Shown here: one piece after another, positions 1 to 7,458 of the stretch
How the letters are laid out: the number at the start of each line of letters is the position of its first letter
Numbering within the stretch: the stretch's first letter is position 1
IMG/VR virus record: IMGVR_UViG_3300025759_000060
Reading direction: 5' to 3' (one strand)
Origin: an uncultured virus (IMG/VR IMGVR_UViG_3300025759_000060)
Lineage: Duplodnaviria > Heunggongvirae > Uroviricota > Caudoviricetes
Length of the DNA: 64,000 nucleotides
Translations under genes and position numbers: made by a program
Notes under the pieces: generated by a model
Databases searched by the model: none
Told to the model about the DNA's origin: nothing
What the model saw: the letters and a program-made list of their open reading frames with translations, nothing else

Positions 1-49
1 TCCTACCCTACCTCGATGGGCGGGGTTTGCGTAGGACACCCCGCTTGCC

Positions 50-493
50 CTACCTCGTCATCTGGAGTATCTTGTGTGCCTTGCCTTTTGTTGTCATTTT
101 GCCTAGTCGGTTGCTAATTACCCAACCTTTCACGCCTGCCTGCCTCCACTGTTTTACCTGTGTTGCCAGATCGTCAATTTCTGCCTGCCTTGCGTCATTT
201 ACCATAACTAGGAAATCTTGCCTAGATTGCATAACTTCACTGTAATCACCAAACCCCTCCACAGGGGGGCGTACTGGCAATTCTCCGACATTTGTTTCAC
301 CCTTGCGAATGTTGCAAGTATGGCACAGCGTTTGCATGTTGCACAGGATAGACTTACCACCTTTCGACTCTGGCACAATGTGGTCGCATTCGAGACTATC
401 AACATCACCGATACCACAAGCACGGCATCGGTTGTTGTCACGGTCGAGAATTAGTTTTCTGAATTTTGCATTGTTATGTTTTTTGATTCGCAT
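50..493 (-). CDS. HNH endonuclease with Zn-finger cysteines
   Basis: ILDRDNNRCRACG...ECDHIVPESKGG...NMQTLCHTCNIRKG is a canonical HNH motif; an AGGA RBS lies upstream. Confidence 0.92.
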   Translation of the reverse strand: MRIKKHNNAKFRKLILDRDNNRCRACGIGDVDSLECDHIVPESKGGKSILCNMQTLCHTCNIRKGETNVGELPVRPPVEGFGDYSEVMQSRQDFLVMVNDARQAEIDDLATQVKQWRQAGVKGWVISNRLGKMTTKGKAHKILQMTR

Positions 494-503
494 CTTTGTA
501 TCC

Positions 504-560
504 TAGTGGGTGAATACCTAAGTCTAATATATATAATCGACCGCTGCAAGCGAAATCTTT
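504..560 (-). promoter_or_regulatory. Repeated early-type promoter/leader element, copy 1
   Basis: Minus strand reads AAAGAT..TTGCAG-cggtcgattatatatat(17)-TAGACT-taggtattcacccactagga; closely matches 754-811. Confidence 0.75.
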
Positions 561-738
561 ATTTAACTATTTTATAATCTTGCATTTTTTCAACGTACAT
601 TGCACGGTATCCTTCTTGCGTGTTTACTGTCACAAGTGTTTTACCGTTTACAATTTTCATCTGTTCTATCATGCCCGTTCGTGGCTTGTTGTTATAGACG
701 CAAGAAATTGTGATACCTTTTTTTGTCATGTTTACCAT
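559..738 (-). CDS. Small hypothetical protein (59 aa), possibly an SH3/WYL-like beta-barrel
   Basis: Start re-called to the ATG at 738, which follows an AAAGGA RBS; the longer 780 start lies inside the promoter repeat. Pattern YNNKPRTG...GYRAMY; fold is a guess. Confidence 0.7.
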   Translation of the reverse strand: MVNMTKKGITISCVYNNKPRTGMIEQMKIVNGKTLVTVNTQEGYRAMYVEKMQDYKIVK

Positions 739-753
739 TTTAAGAATCCTTTT

Positions 754-811
754 TAGTGGGTGAAAACCTAAGCGTACCATACATTATCGACCGTTGCAAG
801 GGGTAATCTTT
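754..811 (-). promoter_or_regulatory. Repeated early-type promoter/leader element, copy 2
   Basis: Minus strand reads AAAGAT..TTGCAA-cggtcgataatgtatgg(17)-TACGCT-taggttttcacccactaaaaagga. Confidence 0.75.
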
Positions 812-989
812 AAGCGGCCCCGTAAAAATCTAATGAGGCTTCAAAGTGTACCGCTTCGGAATCATCATAATCGACACGCTCCTCAATAACTTCGCAATGC
901 TCAAGACAATCAGGGCAGATCTGAGCATCCGAGTGAACATAGGAACCGCAGCAATCAGAGTGATAAGTGATTTCAAAATTGTTTGACAT
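810..989 (-). CDS. Small Cys-rich, Zn-ribbon-like protein (59 aa), absent from the ORF track
   Basis: Manual translation MSNNFEITYHSDCCGSYVHSDAQICPDCLEHCEVIEERVDYDDSEAVHFEASLDFYGAA*; lies directly downstream of promoter copy 3. Confidence 0.75.
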   Translation of the reverse strand: MSNNFEITYHSDCCGSYVHSDAQICPDCLEHCEVIEERVDYDDSEAVHFEASLDFYGAA

Positions 990-1025
990 TTTAAATTCTT
1001 TCTATTTGTTGTTTGTTATACTGTC

Positions 1026-1064
1026 ATTATACATACTATATCGACCAGTGCAAGAATAATCTTT
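1026..1064 (-). promoter_or_regulatory. Repeated early-type promoter element, copy 3
   Basis: Minus strand reads AAAGAT..TTGCAC-tggtcgatatagtatg(16)-TATAAT. Confidence 0.75.
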
Positions 1065-1142
1065 AGTACATACGAATATAGTTTCATGCCATACGGTAAC
1101 AATATATATAATTCTGCCAATATAATACTGTGCCAAATACAC

Positions 1143-1246
1143 ACAAAATAACTCCCCCCACGGGCAGGGGGTTTTATCTTGTAGGTGGACAGGTGTACAC
1201 CCCCCCAATTGACGGGGGGTGGTTGTTACGCAATTTTAAATTTAAA
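1143..1246. repeat. Cluster of inverted repeats/palindromes at the transcription divergence point
   Basis: C-run/G-run hairpin 1154-1171, palindrome GGTGTACACC 1192-1201, stem CACCCCCC/GGGGGGTG 1198-1221, palindrome TTTAAATTTAAA 1235-1246. Confidence 0.7.
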
Positions 1247-1318
1247 TGTATATGTACCACCCAATCCTCTCCCGTCGAACCAAACAGCTACAATTAGGTG
1301 GTATTATTCTCGTTAATA

Positions 1319-1327
1319 GTGTATAAT
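1319..1327 (+). promoter_or_regulatory. Putative late promoter GTGTATAAT
   Basis: The same GTGTAT(A/T) motif recurs ahead of several late gene blocks; followed by AGGAGA and the ATG at 1347. Confidence 0.65.
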
Positions 1328-1346
1328 TCCTAATAGGAGATACAAT

Positions 1347-1514
1347 ATGAATAAATCGAAACAATTAGAATGTCAATTAGATTGTAAGGCTACAGCAGGA
1401 CTACGTGATGAAATTATAAAAGATTTGGCTCAAGAAGATCGACCACTAAAGGAATTACTGGATGAGCAAGAATCCGCTGAAAACAAGTTACAAGATAGCG
1501 ACAGAGAACTTTAG
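1347..1514 (+). CDS. Small acidic hypothetical protein (55 aa), absent from the ORF track
   Basis: AGGAGA RBS, then MNKSKQLECQLDCKATAGLRDEIIKDLAQEDRPLKELLDEQESAENKLQDSDREL*. Confidence 0.7.
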   Translation: MNKSKQLECQLDCKATAGLRDEIIKDLAQEDRPLKELLDEQESAENKLQDSDREL

Positions 1515-2016
1515 GCCAGTACAAGATAGATCGAAAGCGTTAGAATTACTTGGAACTAAAAACTTACCTAAAAATACTACAGGGGATGAGTTCTATACTT
1601 TTCTACAGGTATTTGGCAACACAAACTCTTTCTACTACATTGCAGAACTAACTTGCGAAATAGAAGAAGATATCGCAGAGATAGGCATAGGCCACCTAGT
1701 TACTTCTAATGGTAAAGTTTTATTAGTCCGCGAGTCTGCATCTGCTGTAATTACTGAAAATTCTATATCTTCTAGTGACGGTAATTTTCTATCTTTTGCT
1801 GAAAGAGATCACACTCAAACTTTAATTGTTAGAAGTTATAATCCCCCTAATGCAGAAGTAACACTTGAAGAACCCAACTCATTGCTTAAGTCTAATTCTG
1901 ATGGACCTCCTTCTTCCATAAAGATTCAAAACAATTCTGTTTTAGTATGTATAAATAATGAACTAGCATCTGTAACCCTAGAGGAATTCGCTGGCTTGCT
2001 AAAGAGGTATTTATGA
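1462..2016 (+). CDS. Hypothetical protein, possibly related to the N-terminal domain of the fibre proteins at 41953 and 45417
   Basis: FYYIAE...EIGIGHL...LVRE resembles FYAIEN..FEIGLGTF...LSRD; ATGA overlap with the next gene. Confidence 0.65.
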   Translation: MSKNPLKTSYKIATENFRPVQDRSKALELLGTKNLPKNTTGDEFYTFLQVFGNTNSFYYIAELTCEIEEDIAEIGIGHLVTSNGKVLLVRESASAVITENSISSSDGNFLSFAERDHTQTLIVRSYNPPNAEVTLEEPNSLLKSNSDGPPSSIKIQNNSVLVCINNELASVTLEEFAGLLKRYL

Positions 2017-2501
2017 ATATACCCAAGAACATGACCAGAGAAGAGGTACTTGATAAAATTGATCTTGTCGTCAATAGGATATCGCCCAAGTATACATTTC
2101 ATGGTTATGATCTTGATGATATAAAACAGGAAGCCTTTATGATATGTATGGATGCCCTTAATAGATACGACCAAAAACGCCCATTAGAGAACTTTCTTTC
2201 TGTTAATCTTTCCAATAGACTGAAAAATTTTATACGTGATAATCATTATATCGGACAAGATGAAAAGAAACGTAATGTTCTTTGTCCACAGCAACTAGCT
2301 TACGAAGCCTCTATTCCACAAGAAGAACTATGTTTAGATGAAAAGGTAGACTTCTCACAAATACAGAATGTTATAAATGAACACTTGCCAGCTGAATATA
2401 GGGGTGATTATCTTAAAATGCTTAATGATGTTTATGTTTCTAAAAAACGTAGAGAACAAGTCATACAAATTATAAAGGAGTTGATACATGAAAAAGGGTA
2501 G
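2013..2501 (+). CDS. Phage sigma70-family RNA polymerase sigma factor (region 2 clear, region 4 apparently reduced)
   Basis: DLDDIKQEAFMICMDALNRYDQKRPLENFLSVNLSNRLKNFIRD matches sigma region 2. Confidence 0.8.
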   Translation: MNIPKNMTREEVLDKIDLVVNRISPKYTFHGYDLDDIKQEAFMICMDALNRYDQKRPLENFLSVNLSNRLKNFIRDNHYIGQDEKKRNVLCPQQLAYEASIPQEELCLDEKVDFSQIQNVINEHLPAEYRGDYLKMLNDVYVSKKRREQVIQIIKELIHEKG

Positions 2502-3273
2502 ATTCTCCAAAGAAGAAGAAAGAACTATTGGTCGTCTTATTAATAGTATGACACCTGAAGATATTGCTATTCAACTAAATCGTGATACTGAATCTGTTGT
2601 AAACTTTATTAAACGTAAATTTAACATAGGTACATCTAGAGAAGAGCAAGCAGCTTACTCATTAGAAAATCGCCCCTATTACAAAGAACTTAGACAACAG
2701 TTTACAGATGAAGAATTAGAACTATTTAAATACCACTGGTCCCGCATGGTCTCCCAGTTTAAGAATGACGTACTACCTACAGAAGAGGTACAGATAGTAG
2801 ATACCATAAAACTTGAATTACTTATGAATAGATGTTTAAAAGGTAATAAAGAAAACATTGAACAAATTAATACATATGACCATATGATACAAGATGAACG
2901 AGCCAGAGACAAAGATCAACAAGACATAGACTATATTATTAACTTAGAAAGACAGGTGGCTTCGCTTAGGGCTTCGCAGGAAAGTTTGAATAAGGATTAC
3001 CGCGAGTTGCAGGCCAAGAAGAGTACTATGCTAAAAGAAATGAAGGGTACAAGAGAACAGCGAATTAAACGATTAGAAGACAGTAAACTTAGTTTCACCG
3101 CGTGGGTTGGCACTATGATGCAAGACCCAGACATAATGAAGAAGTATGGAATAGAGATGGAGAAAATGAAACTAGCTATGGAAAATGAAAAAGCAAGACT
3201 TTCTGTTTATCATAAATATGAAGATGGAACTATTGATCAACCATTCCTTACGCCGGATACTGTAAAGGACTAA
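2488..3273 (+). CDS. N-terminal HTH plus coiled-coil protein; terminase small subunit candidate
   Basis: RFSKEEE...MTPEDIAIQLNRDTESVVNF HTH followed by long helical heptads; the TerS role is inferred from context only. Confidence 0.5.
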   Translation: MKKGRFSKEEERTIGRLINSMTPEDIAIQLNRDTESVVNFIKRKFNIGTSREEQAAYSLENRPYYKELRQQFTDEELELFKYHWSRMVSQFKNDVLPTEEVQIVDTIKLELLMNRCLKGNKENIEQINTYDHMIQDERARDKDQQDIDYIINLERQVASLRASQESLNKDYRELQAKKSTMLKEMKGTREQRIKRLEDSKLSFTAWVGTMMQDPDIMKKYGIEMEKMKLAMENEKARLSVYHKYEDGTIDQPFLTPDTVKD

Positions 3274-3275
3274 TA

Positions 3276-3932
3276 ATGGATTTCACTATATTAGTTGGCT
3301 CCTGTGATAAGTACCACTATCTATGGAATCATTTTAATTATTTATTCCATAAGTACTGGGATAATTCTATAGACGTTAAGAAATATATTATAACACAAGA
3401 AACGGATGCCAAGTTATATAAATTTGAAACTATCAAGGTAAAGAATGGCACTTTTAGTATAGGCGTTAAGAAAGCTATAGATAAAATTAAACCAAAAAAC
3501 ATCTTATGGTTGCAAGATGATTATTTTCTTAGAAATTATGTATTGCTAGAGGAAATGCAGGCTTATTATGATTTCTTTGTTTCCAACAATGCAGGGCGAT
3601 TTGGAATACATGACGATAGTGCGTTCTATGCAAAGCTTCCCGTATACAAAAACATTTACAAGCTTCACCAACAAAGCTTATATACAATATCCTTACAGGC
3701 TTCTTTTTGGAATACTGATTTTCTATATAGCTGTTTCGATAAAGATAACGAAGAAGACCCTTGGCAGTTTGAAGTAGAAGGAAGTGAGCGTTTGAATAAT
3801 AATTGCTTACACAGAATCTTTTTCGCAATGCAAGAAAAACCGTGGTATTTAGAGGCGTGTCGTAAAGGTAAATTCACAGAAGACTTCTATAATATATGTA
3901 AACAGGAGGGCATAAATGCCAACATTGCTTGA
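3276..3932 (+). CDS. Putative GT-A fold glycosyltransferase
   Basis: N-terminal TILVGSCDKY strand, DxD-like ILWLQDDYFL, PWQFE motif; adjacent to GT6 and gmd. Confidence 0.6.
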   Translation: MDFTILVGSCDKYHYLWNHFNYLFHKYWDNSIDVKKYIITQETDAKLYKFETIKVKNGTFSIGVKKAIDKIKPKNILWLQDDYFLRNYVLLEEMQAYYDFFVSNNAGRFGIHDDSAFYAKLPVYKNIYKLHQQSLYTISLQASFWNTDFLYSCFDKDNEEDPWQFEVEGSERLNNNCLHRIFFAMQEKPWYLEACRKGKFTEDFYNICKQEGINANIA

Positions 3933-4017
3933 TATATTGATGTGCTGGTCTGTTGCTCTAATGGTAGAGCTACCTATAGTATTTCTTTTTATATATATAG
4001 CTAGAGATAAAGAATGA
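3916..4017 (+). CDS. Small single-pass membrane protein (33 aa), absent from the ORF track
   Basis: AGGAGG RBS; MPTLLDILMCWSVALMVELPIVFLFIYIARDKE*; ATGA overlap with the GT6 start. Confidence 0.55.
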   Translation: MPTLLDILMCWSVALMVELPIVFLFIYIARDKE

Positions 4018-4778
4018 GAAAAATAGGAATAGTAGTTATAGCGACGAATGCGTATTTTGCTTTAGGAGTAAAGTTCTTAAAGCAATTTACATTATTTAAT
4101 CTTGGTCACGACAAGGTAACGTTTTATTTTTTCTCAGATACGGACCCAGCGCCCTATTTACCAAATGATCCGCGACTAAATGTTAAATATATATCAGAAC
4201 ATCACAAAGTGTGGACAGACGGAACTAACTCAAAATTTAAAAATATACTTACTATGGAAGACGAGGATCTTGACTATATTTATTACTTCGATGCAGATAC
4301 TAGTGTTAGCAGGCCATTTACAACAGATTGGTTTATTGGCGATTTAGTAGGGGGCGAACACTTTGGAAACAGAACGTGGATGCGTGATAAGAAAGCATTT
4401 GACAGAAATCCAAGATCTAAATCATACGTACCATACGATACGCCGCTAGAACAAATGTATTACTACGGGGCGTTTTTTGGTGGAGAAAAAGATAAAGTTT
4501 TAAATTTTTGCAGGACGCTAAGAGAGTGGCAGCTTATAGATAAGGAAATACCATATGAACCGGGAGTTAACGACGAAAGTTATATTAACGCTTACTTTCA
4601 TTATAATCCTCCTTTTACCGTAAAGATAGAGGAGTTTGTTTTTAACGTAAGTGATAAGTCTGGAGTTGGCGAGACTAGAAATCCTCATTTAAGTATAGAA
4701 ACAATAAAGAAAGATTTATTAGAGAATAAAGATAATCGAATAGATATCAAAAATGGAAAGGTCGAAAGGATAATATGA
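4014..4778 (+). CDS. Family 6 glycosyltransferase (ABO blood-group/alpha-1,3-Gal(NAc) transferase-like)
   Basis: KIGIVVIATNAY, YFFSD, YYFDAD (DxD), LVGGEH, YYYGAFFGG and NDESYIN match GT6 motifs in the correct order. Confidence 0.88.
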   Translation: MRKIGIVVIATNAYFALGVKFLKQFTLFNLGHDKVTFYFFSDTDPAPYLPNDPRLNVKYISEHHKVWTDGTNSKFKNILTMEDEDLDYIYYFDADTSVSRPFTTDWFIGDLVGGEHFGNRTWMRDKKAFDRNPRSKSYVPYDTPLEQMYYYGAFFGGEKDKVLNFCRTLREWQLIDKEIPYEPGVNDESYINAYFHYNPPFTVKIEEFVFNVSDKSGVGETRNPHLSIETIKKDLLENKDNRIDIKNGKVERII

Positions 4779-5821
4779 AAGCAATAATCACAGGCATTAC
4801 GGGTCAGGATGGAAGCCATCTTGCAGATTTACTCCTTGAAAAGAATTATGAAGTTGTAGGAGTAACTAGGAGGTGCAGTGTAGACACAACAGAGAGAATT
4901 AAGCATCTACTTGACTTTGATAAATTCAATTTAATCGAGGGAGACATTACAGATGTAAGTAGTGTTATAAATATATTCAAAAATAACGAGAATGTAGATG
5001 AAGTCTATAATCTAGCGGCACAGTCGCATGTGGCAAGCTCATTTAATCAACCGTCTTTAACTTGGGATATTACTGGCAAAGGATGCATAAATCTCTTACA
5101 GTCTCTAGTAGACCTTGAGATGTTTAGAGTAAAATTCTATCAAGCTTCTTCCAGTGAAATGTTTGGAAGTTCCTACGACATTGATGAACAAGGAAGGAAA
5201 TATCAAAATGAACAAACTAAATTTATGCCTAACTCACCTTATGCAATATCTAAGTGCGCTGCTCATTACAGCGTTCGTCTTTTTAGGGACGCTTACGACT
5301 TACATGCTAGTTCTGGTATTCTTTTTAATCACGAAGGACCGAGAAGGGGAGAGAATTTTGTTACGCAGAAAATAGTTAGTTGGATTAAAAATTATAAAAC
5401 TTGGAAAGATAAAGTGTGTGTAGGATCAATTTCTTTTAATGACGACTACATATATTGCGACAGAGATATAGGCAATCGTTTTCCAAAGCTACGACTTGGT
5501 AATTTAAACGCTTACAGAGATTGGGGCTATGCTGGAGATTATGTAGAAGCAATGTGGCTGATGCTACAACAAGATTACGCAGATGACTATGTTGTGTGTA
5601 CAGGAGAAACTCATACTATAGAAGAATTCCTAGACATAGCATTTAATTATTCTGGTATAGATGATTGGAGAAATTACGTAGTGGTTGATCCAAAATTCTA
5701 TAGACCTTCAGAAGTAGATTATTTAAGAGGAGACTGTTCTAAGGTTAGAGAAGAACTTGGGTGGAAACCAAGGTACGACTTGGAGGGGTTAATTAAACTT
5801 ATGTTAGATGCCAAACTATAG
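4775..5821 (+). CDS. gmd: GDP-mannose 4,6-dehydratase
   Basis: ITGITGQDGS, YNLAAQSHV, FYQASSSEMFG, SPYAISK, GILFNHE, RDWGYAGDYVEAMWLMLQ, RPSEVDYL. Confidence 0.96.
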   Translation: MKAIITGITGQDGSHLADLLLEKNYEVVGVTRRCSVDTTERIKHLLDFDKFNLIEGDITDVSSVINIFKNNENVDEVYNLAAQSHVASSFNQPSLTWDITGKGCINLLQSLVDLEMFRVKFYQASSSEMFGSSYDIDEQGRKYQNEQTKFMPNSPYAISKCAAHYSVRLFRDAYDLHASSGILFNHEGPRRGENFVTQKIVSWIKNYKTWKDKVCVGSISFNDDYIYCDRDIGNRFPKLRLGNLNAYRDWGYAGDYVEAMWLMLQQDYADDYVVCTGETHTIEEFLDIAFNYSGIDDWRNYVVVDPKFYRPSEVDYLRGDCSKVREELGWKPRYDLEGLIKLMLDAKL

Positions 5822-6059
5822 ACTTTCAATAGATTTATCTGATTTACAAAATGATCTAAAAAACTACGTATTAACTGGCGAATACTCAATGCCTTTTGCT
5901 ATGTGTTTTATAGAGGCTTCTAATCCAGATACAGCATGTCACGAAGCTATGAAGAGGTTAATGAAAAAAATTATGAGACAAAAGCCAACTTTAGAAACTA
6001 GGATTATATGTAGAAAAATAAGAAAACTTATAAGAGTAGATAAGATAGAGCAATTATGA
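5808..6059 (+). CDS. Hypothetical protein
   Basis: ORF overlaps both neighbours in a tightly packed operon. Confidence 0.6.
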   Translation: MPNYRLSIDLSDLQNDLKNYVLTGEYSMPFAMCFIEASNPDTACHEAMKRLMKKIMRQKPTLETRIICRKIRKLIRVDKIEQL

Positions 6060-6313
6060 AAAGGAACTACAATGACCCAAATTATAAAAAATTTAGAACA
6101 GAGGTATTAAAAAGAGATAAATTTAAATGCCGTATGCCTAACTGCAAATCGAAAAAAAATTTAAATGTACACCACATACAAACTTGGTCTAATGCTTCTG
6201 CGTTAAGATACGAACCATCAAATGGAATTACGCTGTGCAAAAAATGTCACCAATCTATAACTGGAAAAGAATCCCACTATCAATTATTTTTTAGAGAAAT
6301 TATAAATGGCTAA
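6056..6313 (+). CDS. Small HNH endonuclease (possible packaging-associated HNH)
   Basis: VLKRDKFKCRMPNC...LNVHHI...NGITLCKKCH. Confidence 0.88.
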   Translation: MKRNYNDPNYKKFRTEVLKRDKFKCRMPNCKSKKNLNVHHIQTWSNASALRYEPSNGITLCKKCHQSITGKESHYQLFFREIING

Positions 6314-6809
6314 ATATAAACAAGCACCAGAATTTACTGTTATAAAAGACACCCGTGAGCAAGACGGGTACTACTTTAGTAAGTTTAACACATGTTCTGG
6401 CATGATAGAACATAAACTTGACACTGGAGACTATTCCATACAAGGATTTGAAGATAAAATATGTATAGAAAGAAAAGGATGTGTAGAAGAACTTGCAATA
6501 AACCTTGGTTCTAAGAAACATGCTTTCATGAACGAAATAGAAAGGATGAAAGATTTTCCTCACAAATACTTAGTTTTGGAATTTTCTTTAGAAGACTTGC
6601 TTAAGTTTCCAAAAGAAACTAGAATACCAATAAAGAATAAAGCGTCTGTAAAAATTACTGGTAGATACATGTTAAAATGTTTAGTTGAATTTGAATTGTA
6701 TAACGATGTACACGTTTTGTTTTGTGGTAATAAGCATACTGCTTTTTTAGCTGTAAGTAGTATATTTAAAAGGATTAACGAGATGTATACAATTGGAAGG
6801 AAATCGTAA
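6306..6809 (+). CDS. ERCC4/XPF-family structure-specific nuclease
   Basis: VIKDTREQ...LDTGDYSI...ICIERKG; the GDxnERK motif is diagnostic. Confidence 0.85.
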   Translation: MAKYKQAPEFTVIKDTREQDGYYFSKFNTCSGMIEHKLDTGDYSIQGFEDKICIERKGCVEELAINLGSKKHAFMNEIERMKDFPHKYLVLEFSLEDLLKFPKETRIPIKNKASVKITGRYMLKCLVEFELYNDVHVLFCGNKHTAFLAVSSIFKRINEMYTIGRKS

Positions 6810-6810
6810 T

Positions 6811-7458
6811 ATGATACACGACAAAGATATACTATACGATTTACATAACTATAATGCGAATATAGATAGCAGAGAAATATTTCTACATAATCATTATGGT
6901 TCTAACGACGAAGATAATCCGGGTGTAGAATACAAGATGTCTAACACATTCTTAAAAAACTTAAGAGCATTAGAATTAAAATCATCTAATCCAATTATTA
7001 TACACATGCAAAGCGTTGGAGGAGAATGGTCTGATGGTATGGCTATATATGATGCTATATCTATGTGTAGATGCCACGTAACAATTATAGCTTACGGACA
7101 AGCAGAATCTATGAGTAGTATTATTTTTCAATCTGCCGATTCTAGACTTATTACACCAAACACATATTTTATGGCTCACTACGGTTCTACGGGTGCTAAT
7201 GGTGAATATTTAAATGTGCAAAACTGGGTAAAGTATGAAAAACACATATGCGATATTATGATGGACATATACTCCAACTCTTGCGTTGATGGTAAATTCT
7301 TCAAAGATAAGTATGGCTCTAAGCCAGAAGTTGACAAGGTTAAAAATTTTCTGTATCGTAAATTAAAATCTGGCGATTGGTATATCACAGCAGATGAAGC
7401 TGTTTATTATGGTTTCGCAGACGAGGTAATTAATACATGGCAAAAACTGAAAAGCTAA
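6811..7458 (+). CDS. clpP: ClpP-like (S14) serine protease
   Basis: QSVGGEWSDGMAIYDAI, GQAESMSSIIF (catalytic Ser), PNTYFMAH (His), DWYITADEAVYYGFADEV; start re-called to the ATG at 6811. Confidence 0.88.
   Translation: MIHDKDILYDLHNYNANIDSREIFLHNHYGSNDEDNPGVEYKMSNTFLKNLRALELKSSNPIIIHMQSVGGEWSDGMAIYDAISMCRCHVTIIAYGQAESMSSIIFQSADSRLITPNTYFMAHYGSTGANGEYLNVQNWVKYEKHICDIMMDIYSNSCVDGKFFKDKYGSKPEVDKVKNFLYRKLKSGDWYITADEAVYYGFADEVINTWQKLKS

Noticed and set aside
6..57. Hairpin GCGGGGT/ACCCCGC (20-44) flanked by a 10-bp direct repeat CCCTACCTCG, as a mobile-element end
   Set aside because: Too short and cut by the window edge; it could simply be a 3' stem-loop after the HNH gene.
27..506. Plus-strand ORFs 27-245, 218-454 and 303-506
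   Set aside because: They are antisense to a clear HNH gene and have no RBS or motifs.
1080..1140. TGGCA(C) sites on the minus strand as sigma54 promoters
   Set aside because: The -12 TTGC element is missing at the required spacing.
1002..1208. 68-aa minus-strand ORF
   Set aside because: It runs through promoter copy 3 and the hairpin zone, with a non-ATG start and no RBS.
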